Both the position numbers and the translations under genes were made by a program. Shown in pieces: positions 24,154 to 36,139 of a DNA stretch of 64,000 nt. The notes under the pieces were generated by a model. The model did no database searches. It was not told where the DNA came from and saw nothing but the letters and a program-made list of their open reading frames with translations. Position 1 is the first letter of the stretch; each line of letters opens with the position of its first letter. The stretch spans positions 10,602,001 to 10,666,000 of the forward strand of contig NC_043024.1 in the NCBI RefSeq assembly GCF_006345805.1, read 5' to 3'. This stretch comes from Octopus sinensis. Taxonomy: Eukaryota.

Positions 24154-24585
24154 GTTTGACTTCTGCTTTACATTTGCACAAGTTGGCTCCAAGTCTCACC
24201 CAGAGACCTCAAGAGACAACAGGTTGGAAGTTCATGTTGTTGTTATGCCTAGGGTGCCATATATTTGGTTTTGTACATAGTATTGTTCTAGAGAATGTTT
24301 AAGAAACCATAAGAAAATTATGTTTGTTTTAAAACTTGAGATTACATAGAAAGTATTTTGCGTAGGATATGAGCAGTTCCCATGAGCACTATCTTTTGAA
24401 TTTCTGCCATTTGGGGGTTTCCTGGTATCTGAGTTAGGTAGCAATCAGCCCCTTTTGCTATCATTCCCAGGGCACTTATGACAATAGGTATTGTTTTAGT
24501 CTTCAGCTTCCACATTTTGCTGATTTCTATTTCAAGATCTTTATATTTGCTCAGTTTCTGGTAGGTCTTGACAGATACGTTTATA
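24151..24585 (-). mobile_element. R4/Dong 3' fragment
   Basis: Closely matches the 3' end of the 24662 copy; bounded by (TAT)n on both sides. Confidence 0.9.
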
Positions 24586-24599
24586 TTATTATATTGTTA

Positions 24600-24636
<37 letters not shown>

Positions 24637-24661
24637 TATTATATTATTATTATTATTATTA

Positions 24662-26680
24662 TTCTATGTTGACTTTTGCTTATATTGTACAAGTTGGCTC
24701 CAAGTCTCACCCAGAGACCTCAAGAGACAACAGGTTGGAAGTTCATGTTGTTGTTATGCCTAGTGTGCCATATATTTGGGGGGTGGGGATGTGGGATGGT
24801 GTACTAATGAATGTCTAAAAAAAAAAAAAGTTTTTTTTTTTTTTTTTTTTAAACCGAAAATTATGGTTGTTTTAAACCTTGAGGTTACATAGAGAGTATT
24901 TTGCGTAGGATATGAGCAGTTCCCATGAGCACTATCTTTTGAACTTCTGCCATTTTTGGGTTTCCTGGTATCTGAGTTAGGTAGCTATCAGCCCTTTGCT
25001 ATCATTCCCAGGGCACCTATGACAACAGGTATTGTTTTAGTCTTCAGCTTCCACATTTTGCTGATTTCTATTTCAAGATCTTTATATTTGCTCAGTTTTT
25101 GGTAGGTCCTGACAGATACGTTTATATCGATTGGGACAGTCATATCAATGAGGAGGCATGTTCTTTGTTTGAAGTCTTTCAATATGATGTCTGGCCTATT
25201 TGCATCTATCTTCCTGTCAGTTTGAATGGTGAAGTTCCAGAGGAGTGAGATGTGGTCATTTTCAAGCACTGGGGGGGTGGTTTTGTTTCCCACCAGTTTT
25301 TTTCATGGGGCAAATCCAGGTTTTTACAGATTACCCAGTGAATATATTGTGCAGCTCTATCGTGCCTGTTGAGATACTCTGTAGGCGCTAGAAGACTGCA
25401 CTTGGAGACCACATGGTCAATGGTTCATTTTGTTGCTTGCATACACGACACGTTGGACTGCTTCTGATCTTTAATATGTTGGCCTGGTAGTTTCTTGTTG
25501 GTAGGCATTGATCTTGAGCTGCTATGATAAACCCCTCTGTTTCAGATTTTAAGCCAGAGGCCATAGCCATTGATGGGTCAGGGCTTTGTCGATATCTGCA
25601 TTATTCGCTCTCTTTGGGTATTTGCCATAGAGAGGTTTTTCTTGCCATTTATTATTCAGAATATCTAAGGCCGCAGTTTTGGCACGGGTTTTCATGCGCC
25701 TAGCTTTTTCTGTGCTTGTTTCTTGTATGTCTATCTCTAATTCCGAAATTGGTTGTATTCGGAATTCACTTAGATATTCCTTTGCCTGTTTTGTGACTGA
25801 GTATGATGCTTTCTTGTTTTCATGTTTTGAGACAAGTTTTAACATCCAGTCCTCAGAGTTTTCAGGTAGGTGTCTAGGCCAATTGTAGCAATCTTCATTG
25901 TTATTGCCAGTTGCAAAAGACCACGGCCTCCCTCTTTTCTTGGCAGATAGAGTCGTTCTGTATCTGCCTTAGGGTGGTGCATTCTATGCATTGTCAACAG
26001 TTTCCTTATTTTTCTGTCGAGCTGACATATTTCAGTAATTGACCAGTTAACAATATTGAAACTGTAAGTCACGACTGGTATAGCTAATGCATTGATTGCT
26101 TCGATCCTGTTTCTTGCATTCAGCTCTGTCTTGAGTATTGCTCTCACTCTTCGATAGCATTCTCTCCTGATCCTTTCCTTCATCTCTGAATGCCTTATTC
26201 CGTTCCCTTCAATTACCCTAGGTACTTGTAGCTCTCCGCTGGGTCTAGTTCTTTTATGACATTCTGTTGGTCAAGGTAACGTTAGATGTTTCTGTCATTT
26301 TTCCTTTGATAAAGGTAGCCTTTGCACATTTATCGAGGCCGAATTGCATTCTGATGTCGTCACTGAATTGTTTGACTATCGCTAGTAAGCCCTGAGTTGG
26401 TTGTTGATCATTTTTTGCAAAAAGCTTTAAATCATCCATGTAAACGAGATGATTTATATTTTTATCAAACATTTTATACCCGTACTGCGCGTCATTGAGC
26501 AGCTTTGAGAGAGGTATTAAGGATAAACAAAAGAGGAGTGGTGACAGTGAGTCACCCTGGAAAATGCCACACGAAATTTTTACATCACCAGCATTTAGGG
26601 ATTCACTGTCACTGTTCAGAGTTAGTGTGGTTCTCCATGATCTCATACTTACAGTCAAGAAGTTTCGCAGAGTTGGTGCT
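24662..26680 (-). mobile_element. R4/Dong-clade retrotransposon, 5'-truncated (RT C-terminal half, CCHC knuckle, RLE, 3' UTR)
   Basis: GIFQGDSLSPLLFCLSL, HLVYMDDLKLFA, AIPVVTYSF, CRVCKQQNE, NRPDIILKD, LLIDMTVP, KLSKYKDLEIEI and ...LRKILSM* (stop 24885-24887); several frameshifts; inserted in (TAT)n. Confidence 0.93.
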
Positions 26681-26782
26681 ATCATTATTATTATCATTAT
26701 TATTATTATCATTATTATTATTATCCTTATTATTATTATCATTATTATTATTATCATTATTATCATTATTATCATTATTATA

Positions 26783-26814
<32 letters not shown>

Positions 26815-26908
26815 CATTATTATTATTATATTATTATTATATCATTATTATTATTATATATTATTATTATTATTATCATTATTATTATCATCATCATCAT
26901 TATTGCTA

Positions 26909-26945
<37 letters not shown>

Positions 26946-26995
26946 TACTATCATTATTATTATTATTATTATTATCATTATTATTGTTATTATTA

Positions 26996-27030
<35 letters not shown>

Positions 27031-27152
27031 TATTATTATTATCATTATTATTTCATTATTATTATCTTATTATTATTATATTATATTATTATTATTATCA
27101 TTATTATCATCATCATCATTTGCTCTATTGGTTATTATTATTATTATTATTA

Positions 27153-27185
<33 letters not shown>

Positions 27186-27336
27186 TATTATCATTATTAT
27201 TATTGTTATTATTATTATTATTATTATCATTATTATTATTATCATTATTATTATTATCATTATTATTATTATTATTATTATCATCATCATCATCATTATC
27301 ATCATCATTATTATTATTACTATTATTATTATTATT

Positions 27337-27379
<43 letters not shown>

Positions 27380-27552
27380 CATCATCATATTATTATTATT
27401 ATTATTATTATTATCATTATTATCATCATCATCATTATTGCTATTGTTGTTGTTATCATTATTATCATTATTATTATTATTATCATTATTATTATTATTA
27501 TCATTATTATTATTATTATCATTATTATTATTATTATTATTATTATCATCAC
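26681..27552. repeat. ~870-bp (TAT/CAT)n microsatellite
   Basis: Directly visible; source of the 376-aa and 367-aa artefact ORFs. Confidence 0.97.
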
Positions 27553-27792
27553 TATTGATGATACGGTGTATACCTTTAGTGCTGATATTCCAGATATTCT
27601 TATTTTAAAAATCATCTCTGGCTAATCATTGAGAGGATGTTAGTGTTGCCTTGGCGGAGTTTTGCGCTCTCTTATTGCTCTTGTTATCATTATTTTCATT
27701 AGCATCTTTTTTCAATTCTGTTTCCATTTCTTACCAAGTGTCTTCCTGACACCTAGGGCAGGAAGGATTTCCAAGCCTAATGAAACTTTTGA

Positions 27793-28155
27793 ACCAATAT
27801 TTAACTCTATAAAAGACCAATTAGGGGTCAGAAATTCTATGATCGAGAGAGATGGAAAATATTGGTTTCAAATTTCGGCACAAGGCCAGCAATTTTGGAG
27901 TGTGGGGAGTTAGTCAATTACATCAACCCCAGTATTCAACTGGTACTTATTTTATTGACCCCCAGGAGGATCAAAGGTAAAGTCGACCTTGATGAACTTT
28001 GAACTCAGATTGTAAGGGCAGTCAAAGTGTCACTCAGTTTTTTGTCTGGCGTGCGATGGATCCTGCGAGGTTGGTGCCTCAGATATTGATTTCAAATTTT
28101 GGCACAAGGCCAGCAATTTCGTGCAAGGAGCAAAGTCAATTACCTTGGTCCCAGT
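27793..28155 (-). repeat. Inverted copy of 23328-23697 (SINE B pieces + flank)
   Basis: accaatatttaactctataaaagaccaattaggggtcagaaattctatgatcgagagagatggaaaatattgg is the near reverse complement of ~23625-23697. Confidence 0.85.
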
Positions 28156-28564
28156 TTTTAACCCCTTGACAACGGTTGCCGCAAATATGCGATCACACTT
28201 TTGCTTCCCTACCCGCGGTTAACGTAAATATACGATGTAGAGCTGCCCTACATCTATCACGGACTTTTTAGCGGCTGACATATGTTTATGTTCGCTATCG
28301 TGCACTTTATCTCTTGAGGTGTGCGCACTCGCCGTCCCGTGCATTACCTTAGCTATTTTAGGTTACGTTCAAGTCATGAGACTAGCAGTAGACCAATGAC
28401 ATGCGGATACTTTACATGCATAATACTGTGTTTTGAGTTGTACCACATGCAAGCTAATTTTCTGAACTTGAGCAGAATAACTCGTGCATATTATATTATG
28501 ATAAATAGCTTTACATAGTTTGTTTTCATAAACCGGGAGACGTAAATGTACGACGCTATGTTAT

Positions 28565-28970
28565 TGTAAAGTATAGAAGCCATCTTATCATGGCTAACCA
28601 CATTGGGGAGGGAGTGTTACTGTAGCTTTATAGCCCCAAGAGATCTTCGTCTCAAGCTGGCTTTAGACACAATATCTGTGTCCTTGGAGTATTTGCAAAG
28701 GGAGGTCATCCCTTCCTCGCAAGCCTGAGTGATACGCTCGAGCTAGATTCGGGATTGTTGTCCCTCGTCAACGGGCGGTAACCACCAGGTCGCGATGAAA
28801 GAGAAGGCTCCTTTGCAAATTATATATAAGTTTTTCTAATGGCGTCTGCCACTGATGTCAAAAAACGAACAGTAAGCATAATTAAATCTCAGAATGAGAT
28901 TGAAATAGTAATCGCTCGATAATGTAAAGTATAGAAGCCATCTTATCATGGCTAACCACATTGGGGAGGG
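28565..28970. repeat. 48-bp exact direct repeats (28565-28612, 28923-28970) around a self-complementary insert
   Basis: tgtaaagtatagaagccatcttatcatggctaaccacattggggaggg occurs twice. Confidence 0.9.
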
Positions 28971-29090
28971 GGTGTTGTAATGGTGGACGAAAATAGACAC
29001 AAGCTCATTGGCACTTGTGCGTTTGTGTGGCCTTGTTACATATATAAAAACCAGAGCAGTGTCTCACATGCATTGGGTAATACTGGCATA

Positions 29091-29396
29091 GAGGCACTTG
29101 GCCTAGTGGTTAGAACAGCGACTCACAGTCGAGGGATCGCAGGTTCGAATCTCAGACCGGGCGATGTGTGTGTTTATGAGCGAAACACCTAAGCTCCACG
29201 TGGCTCCGGCAGAAGGTAATGGTGAAACTTCTGCTGACTCTTTTGCCACAACTTTCTCTCACTCTTTCCTCCTGCATCTTGCAGCTCACCTGCGATGGAC
29301 TGGCGTCCCGTCCAGGTGGGGAACCTATATGCCAAGGAAACTGGGAAACCGGCCCTTATGAGCCAGGCATGGCTCCAGAAGTAACAAACAACAACA

Positions 29397-29435
<39 letters not shown>

Positions 29436-29736
29436 GAGGCACTTGGCCTAGTGGTTAGAGCAGTGGACTCACAGTCAAGGGATCACAGGTTCGAATCTCA
29501 GACCGGGCGATGTGTGTGTTTATGAGTGAAACACCTAAGCTCCACGTGGCTCCGGCAGAAGGTAATGGTGAAACTTCTGCTGACTCTTTCGCCAAAACTT
29601 TCTCTTACTCTTTCCTCCTGCATCTTGCAGCTCACCTGCGACAGACCGGCGTCCTGTCCAGGTGGGGAATCTATACACCAAAGAAACCGGGAAACCGGCC
29701 CTTATGAGCAAGGTGTGGCTCGAGAAGGAACAAACA
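29091..29736 (+). mobile_element. SINE family D, tandem pair (29091-29395, 29436-29736)
   Basis: tRNA-like head gaggcacttggcctagtggttag...ggttcgaatctc with A-box TGGCCTAGTGG and B-box GGTTCGAATC; central cctgcgatggactggcgtcccgtccagg. Confidence 0.88.
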
Positions 29737-29754
29737 TATAATACCGGCGTCACA

Positions 29755-29895
29755 GTTTTTAACTGGGACTTATTTTATCAATCCCAAGAGGATCAAAGTC
29801 GACCTCAGTGGAATTTGAACTCAGAACGTAAAGACGGAGTGAATGCTGCCAAGCATTTTGCCCAGTGCAGTGATGATTCTGCCAGCTCACCGTTT
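29755..29895 (-). mobile_element. SINE family B fragment
   Basis: aaagtcgacctcagtggaatttgaactcagaacg ... tctgccagctcacc. Confidence 0.75.
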
Positions 29896-30169
29896 TTTTA
29901 GAGCAAAGACATCAGCAGGATTTGAACTCACAGAGCAAAGCTAGACAAAACACAGCTGAGCATTTTATCCAGCATGGTGATGATTCTGGTGGCTCACCTC
30001 TTTGTGGAGATGGAAAATATTGGTAAGAAGACAAAACCCAGGTGACCACCACCCCTTACAGCTATGGAGAGAGATGTGACGACTTGAAACCTGCCTCATT
30101 GAGTTTTGTTTCCATTTTGTTTTTGTTCTGTCTTTTGGAAAACAGCCATGGCATGTAGCTGCACTATTA

Positions 30170-30555
30170 CACACGCACACACACAAAGACACACACACAC
30201 ATGTGCTCACACACACACACACAGACACACACACACATGTGCTTGCATGCAGACAGACACATGCACATACTCACACACATGCACTCACACAGACATGTAC
30301 AAACATGCACACACACACTCGCGCACACACAGACACACACACACACACATGCACTCGCACACACACACACACACACACAGACACACAGACACACACATGC
30401 ACTCGCACACACACACATACACAGACAGACACGTGTGCTTGCATGCAGACAGACACATACACATACACACACATGCACTCACACAGACATGTACAAACAT
30501 GCACACACACACTTGCGCGCACACACACAGACACACACACACACGTATACATGCA
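30170..30555. repeat. (CA)-rich compound repeat with an internal ~200-bp duplication
   Basis: The block gtgcttgcatgcagacagacac...acagacatgtacaaacatgcacac occurs near 30235 and 30435. Confidence 0.9.
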
Positions 30556-30677
30556 TCCCTGAGTGATGAAAAGGTCAAAATGTACCCCAGTGGGAATTGA
30601 ACTCATTGAGTAAAAGATGCAGAGATAAATTCTATAAAGTATTCTTCTGGCACACGACCATCTTTTTTGCTGAGAAA

Positions 30678-30712
<35 letters not shown>

Positions 30713-30764
30713 CAATAATTATAATGATAATAATAACAACAATAATTATAATGAAAATAATAAT

Positions 30765-30975
30765 GATTTCAAATTTTTGCCTCAAGGGCAGCTTGAGGGA
30801 GAGGATTAAGTTGCTCACATCGACCCCAGTGCATAACTGGTACTTCTTTAATCGACCCCGAAAGGATGAAAGGCAAAGTCTACCTCAGTGGAATTTGAAC
30901 TCAGAACGTAGCAACAGAGGAAATACTGCTAAGCATTTCACCCGGCGCGCTAACGTTTCTGCCAGCTCACCACAT
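30765..30975 (-). mobile_element. SINE family B variant with (AAT)n flank
   Basis: Family B core on the minus strand. Confidence 0.85.
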
Positions 30976-31149
30976 TAATAATAATAATAATGATAATAAT
31001 CATCGTTTAGCATCCGTTTTCCGTGATGGAATGCGGTCACAGGAGTGTGACGAAAGAACTTTGGCCGAAATAAGATTAAGATTAATGTAAAAAATAAATA
31101 TCACTGAAGCAAAATAACACCAAATAATAATAATAATAACAATAATAAC

Positions 31150-31325
31150 AGGCACAGGAGTGGCTGTGTAGTAAGTAGCTTGCTAACCAACCACATGGTT
31201 CCAGGTTCAGTCTCACTGCGTGGCATCTTGGGCAAGTGTCTTCTGCTATAGCCCCGGGCCAACCAATGCCTTGTGAGTGGATTTGGTAGACAGAAACTGA
31301 AAGAAGCCTGTCGTATATATATATG

Positions 31326-31356
<31 letters not shown>

Positions 31357-31562
31357 TTGTCCCCCTAGCATTGCTTGACAACCGATGCTGGTGTGTTTAC
31401 GTCCCCGTCACTTAGCGGTTCGGCAAGAGAGGCAGATAGAATAAGTACTGGGCTTACAAAGAATAAGTCCCAGGGTCAATTTGCTCGACTAAAGGTGGTG
31501 CTCCAGCATGGCCGCAGTCAAGTGACTGAAACAAGTAAAAAGTAAAAGTAAAAAGTAAAAGT
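31150..31562 (+). mobile_element. SINE family A, full length
   Basis: Matches other full-length copies. Confidence 0.9.
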
Positions 31563-31577
31563 AATAATAATAATAAT

Positions 31578-32550
31578 AAGGGTTGTAAGCGTAAGTGCGG
31601 AGGTACCAAGGATCAACTCCTGATAGACAAAGTTGTACTAAGGTCAGGCTTGTGTAGGATGAAGGATTGCAAAGATAAAGCATTATACAAGATATTGAAA
31701 ATGAATAGGCGGGTAAAGAAAAGATTGCATAGTCAATTCCATAGGGATGTTGAAGATAAGACAGACAGAGAAAAAGATGGCTGTGGATGACTAAAAGTGA
31801 TTTAAAACTGGAAATGGAGGATCTAATCTGTGCTACCCAAGAACAAGCACTAAGAACAAACTATATAAAATACAGAATAGACAACACATCAGAAAGTGAT
31901 AAATGCAGAATCTGTGGACAAAATGGTGAAACCGTATGGAATATATCCAGCCAATGTATGCCACTAGCCCAGGAGGAATATAAGAGACGCCACAACAATA
32001 TAGCCAGGCTTGTCCATTGGACACTTTGCAACAAGTATGGACTTGACAGAGCAAAGAATTGGTGCGACCATAAACCCAAAGGCACCATCAAAAATAGAAA
32101 TGTAAAGATCCTGTGGGATTTTATAATTCAGTGTGACCATGAGATTGAGAATAGGAAACCGGACATAGTCTTAATTGGAAAAGAAAGCAAACAATGCTGG
32201 ATCATAGATATAGCATGCCCAGCTGACAACAAGGTATGTGATAAGGAAGAAAGAAAAGTCGAGAGATATGACAGGTTAGCTTGGGAACTTAAGCAGTTGT
32301 GGTCGATGAAAAAGGTAGCAGTAGTACCAATAATTGTCGGAGCCCTGGGAACAGTGAGCAAAAATCTCGAGAAGTATGTGGAACAAATAGGGACTGCAAT
32401 AAGGGTGGAGCACTTGCAGAAAACAGCACTGCTTGGAACCGCTCGAATATTCCGGAAGGTGCCCGAAAAATAAGAGGTGTTACCTTAGTTCACTGGTAGT
32501 GAACAGCTGACACCATAGTACATCTCCAGCGTTAGAAGTTGTGCAAAGGC
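31578..32550 (+). mobile_element. R4/Dong-clade retrotransposon, 5'-truncated and internally deleted
   Basis: RT motif KGCKRKCGGTKDQLLIDK is fused to the post-RT region. Then CCHC-like CRICGQNGETVWNISSQC and RLE NRKPDIVLI, IIDIACP, KVERYDRL, VVPIIVGALG (ORF 31787-32473). (AAT)n on both sides. Confidence 0.92.
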
Positions 32551-32859
32551 AATAATAATAATGATAATAATAATGATAATGATAACTTCTTTTATTTGCT
32601 GCAGGGGCATAGATGAAGGTGATGGTGGTGGTGGTGGTGGCGGAGGTGAGGATGAAATATTGATAGCAATAATGAATAGCATAAAGAACGATGATAATGA
32701 GGAAGATCCGCTTCCTCATCATCCTCAGCGTCCTCATCATCCTCATCACCACCACCGCTGCCCTCTTCATCATTATCGTGATTGTTGTCATAATCACGAC
32801 CGGTATAGTATCAACAACGCTGATAATTATAAAAAGAATGAGAATACTACTGGTGGTGG

Positions 32860-33245
32860 TGGTGGTGGTGGTGGTGGCAATGATGGTGGTGATGGTGGTG
32901 GTGATGATGGTAGTGGTGGCGATGGTGGTGGTGGTGGTGGTGGCGGTGGTGGCGGTGGTGGCGGTGGTGGTGATGATGATGGTGATGTGGTGGTGGTGGT
33001 GATGATGAGGATAGTGGTGGTGATGATGATGGTGGTGGTGGTGATGGTAGTGATGATGATGGTGGTGGTGATGATGATGATGATGATGATGGTGGTGGAG
33101 GTGATGGTAGTGATGATGGTGGTGGTGGTGATGGTGGTGGTGATGATTGTGGTGGTGATGATGATGATGGTGGTGGTGGTGGTGGTGATGATGATGATGA
33201 TGATAATGGTGGTGGTAATGATGGTTGTGGTGGTGGTGGTGATAA
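32860..33245. repeat. (GGT/GAT)n microsatellite
   Basis: Directly visible. Confidence 0.95.
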
Positions 33246-33758
33246 CGATGTTGACAGTATTTTCTAAAACATGTTTACATAAACTTGCATTCAAGTGTGC
33301 GCGTGCATGCACATGTGATTGCATGTGTTCCATTGTATGTGTGCATTTGTATGCACTTCTATATATGTGTGTGTGGGTTTGTTTACTTTCCCTTGTGCTT
33401 TCATAATTTCCTAGGACAGCTTTTCCTGCTACAATAATTGATGCTGTTGTTTCTGTCGTTCTTATTTAACCCCAGGTCAACCCTAATTGTGGCATGCATT
33501 TGACCAAGACATTCCAACCATGGCCACCCTGTCTTTTTCAGACATAACACATTTATCTGTGTCTTAAATCAGTAAGATATGAATTAAGGGAGATTTTGCT
33601 GCTATTTCTAGCAGATACTGCTTACCTGATTACAGGCTGTTTCCATTGTGATGATGATGATGATGATGATGGTATCGATGTTGTTCTTGTTGTTATTGTT
33701 GTAATGTTGTTCGCTTTTTCCCATGTTGATTGCAAAACTGAATATATAGACGTATATG

Positions 33759-34137
33759 CACAAGGGGGTGGGGCTGAAAAGTTCCTGGTTTTGAGTAACA
33801 GAAAAGTAGAGGAGGATCAGTTAATTATGATTTTACTCAACTTATTCCCCTCCTCTCAGATTCGCACACTTATTGCAGTGGTCCTTCAGTTTTTCTAAGC
33901 CCTGGAAAAGAACTCGGAATTTTGGGCCCCTAACCAAGCATTTCACGACACCCTTAGAGCCAAGAACTTTTCTTCATCCACCCCCTCATATATATATTTT
34001 ATATATACATATGAGAGGGTGTTGAAAAGTTCCTGGCTTTGGGTAAAAAAAAAATACAGGTGGATCAGTTAATTAAGATTTCATTCAACATATTCCCCTT
34101 TCAGATTCACAAACTTATTGCAGCAGTCCTTCAGTTA
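33759..34137. mobile_element. Tc1/mariner-like MITE (33759-33990) plus a truncated second copy (34011-34137)
   Basis: Imperfect TIRs agggggtggggctgaaaagttcctgg / ccaagaacttttcttcatccaccccct in a TA context; the interior is shared between the copies. Confidence 0.6.
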
Positions 34138-34167
34138 TACAACAACGATGATGGTGATGATACGTAC

Positions 34168-34203
<36 letters not shown>

Positions 34204-34204
<1 letters not shown>

Positions 34205-34620
34205 CACAGGAGTGGCTGTGTGGTAAGTAGCTTGTTTACCAACCACATGGTTCCGGGTTCAGTCCCACTGCATGGCATCTTGGGCAAGTGTCTTCTACTA
34301 TAGCCCCGGGGCCGACCAATGCCTTGTGAGTGGATTTGGTAGACGGAAACTGAAAGAAGCCCGTCGTATATATGTATATATATATATATATGTATGTGTG
34401 TGTATATGTTTGTGGGTCTGTGTTTGTCCCCCTAGCATTGCTTGACAACCGATGATGGTGTGTTTACGTCCCCGTCACTTAGCAGTTCGGCAAAAAGAGA
34501 CCGATAGAATAAGTACTGGGCTTACAAAGAATAAGTCCCGGGGTCGATTTGCTCAACTAAAGGCGGTGCTCCAGCATGGCCGCAGTCAAATGACTGAAAC
34601 AAGTAAAAGAGTAAAGAAGA
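34204..34620 (+). mobile_element. SINE family A, full length
   Basis: Matches other full-length copies. Confidence 0.9.
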
Positions 34621-34647
34621 TATATATATATATATTATATATATATA

Positions 34648-35160
34648 TGGTGGCTGCCCCCCCTCGTTATCAAGTATGGCCATTGCACGAAGCTTAATCA
34701 ATGTTGTTATCATGAAATGCCTGTGCAAGAAGATGTTTTTTAAAGTGAGGAAAGGCTGTGCACTGAGTCAATCCCACTCACTAAGCAACAGCAGCCATAA
34801 TCCGAAAAGAAGAACAAGTCAACATCATCGGTAACCACTGAGCCGCAGGTTTTATGTCGGAGTTATCCCAGTTACCTGAGCTACCTTCTCCTCGAAGGAT
34901 GCCCTAACAAAGGCTAGGAGTCCTTCACTCCCAATGGTTTAACCGTGCAATCGGGTATTCAGTTCGATTATTGGATGGCCGTTGACTCTCAAGAGTTCCT
35001 CCGCCCTTTGTCGGGTTTTGTTTTTCATCCCGCAGGGTGTCCAATAAACACCCTCCTCACCAAGCAAGCTTGGTGGGGTTGCCAGTTTAGTCGCCGACGA
35101 CCCGACCATGCAACATGTTGTACTGGGTTACATATTACCAGTAGCACTCAAAAGTGACCT
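34648..35160. mobile_element. GC-richer, hairpin-rich insert between (TA)n tracts, possibly derived from a LINE 5' UTR
   Basis: Sharp borders in TA repeats; hairpins agggtgt-ccaataa-acaccct and caccaagc-aa-gcttggtg; no ORF. Confidence 0.4.
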
Positions 35161-35182
35161 GACATATATATATATATATATT

Positions 35183-35213
<31 letters not shown>

Positions 35214-35214
<1 letters not shown>

Positions 35215-35374
35215 GGCACAGGAGTGGCTGTGTGGTAAGTAGCTTGGTTACGAACCACAAGATTCTGGGTTCAGTCCCACTGCATGGCACCTTGGGCAAG
35301 TGTCTTCTACTATAGCCTTGGGCCGACCAAAGCCTTGTGAGTGGATTTGGTAGACGGAAACTGAAAGAAGCCCG

Positions 35375-35424
<50 letters not shown>

Positions 35425-35636
35425 ATGTTTGTGTGTCTGTGTTTGTCCCCCTAGCATTGCTTGACAACCGATGCTGGTGTGTTTACATCCCCGAAACTTA
35501 GCGGTTCGGCAAAAGAGACCGATAGAATAAGTACTGGGCTTACAAAGAATAAGTCCCGGGGTTGAGTTGCTCGATTAAAGGCGGTGCTCCAGCATGGCCA
35601 CAGTCAAATGACTGAAACAAGTAAAAGAGGAAAGAG
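35214..35636 (+). mobile_element. SINE family A, full length
   Basis: Matches other full-length copies. Confidence 0.9.
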
Positions 35637-36139
35637 TGTGTTTCCACAGGAGGAAAGAAATCCTTTTATTCCTTTGTTTCTTTTACATGTTTTCCCATTT
35701 TAGATGATTAAATATTACCAAGGTATTGTTTTGCAGACAGGTGCTCTTCCTGTCATTAACCCTACCTGTTTTTCAAGTAGGACAAGTTTTTCTTCCACTT
35801 GTCTTCAAAGCATAAAGCTGCAGTGGGGACGGCAATTTATTGACGAGAAACGACAGCAAATGCTGCAATTTTTAGTTCAGTGTTTTAATACGAAGACACA
35901 CAACGTAAACATTAACACGGATGTACCTATACAATAGTTTCTCTGCTACTAATTAAACAATCTACCTATCAGTTTCTATCTATCTATCTGTCTATCTTTT
36001 TTTTTTTTCCTGATCCCTTTTGATTGAAATTTTACATTTGTTTCCTTTTTTCTTTTTTTTCCCATCTTCGAAAAGAAAAGCTCTACATTTGTAATTGTCC
36101 CCTCTGTGTCCAGCCCTGTGCGGCCAATAAAGAAAGTTA

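Noticed and set aside
26495-27625. 376-aa and 367-aa ORFs, plus the other poly-I/Y/H/V/T/E ORFs across the window
   Set aside because: They are translations of di- and trinucleotide microsatellites.
28158-28200. piggyBac-like end TTAA|CCCCTT
   Set aside because: I found no matching opposite terminus or transposase remnant.
29091-29165. tRNA genes at SINE heads (also families A, B and E)
   Set aside because: Acceptor stems are not intact and each head runs into a SINE body, so they are tRNA-derived rather than tRNA genes.
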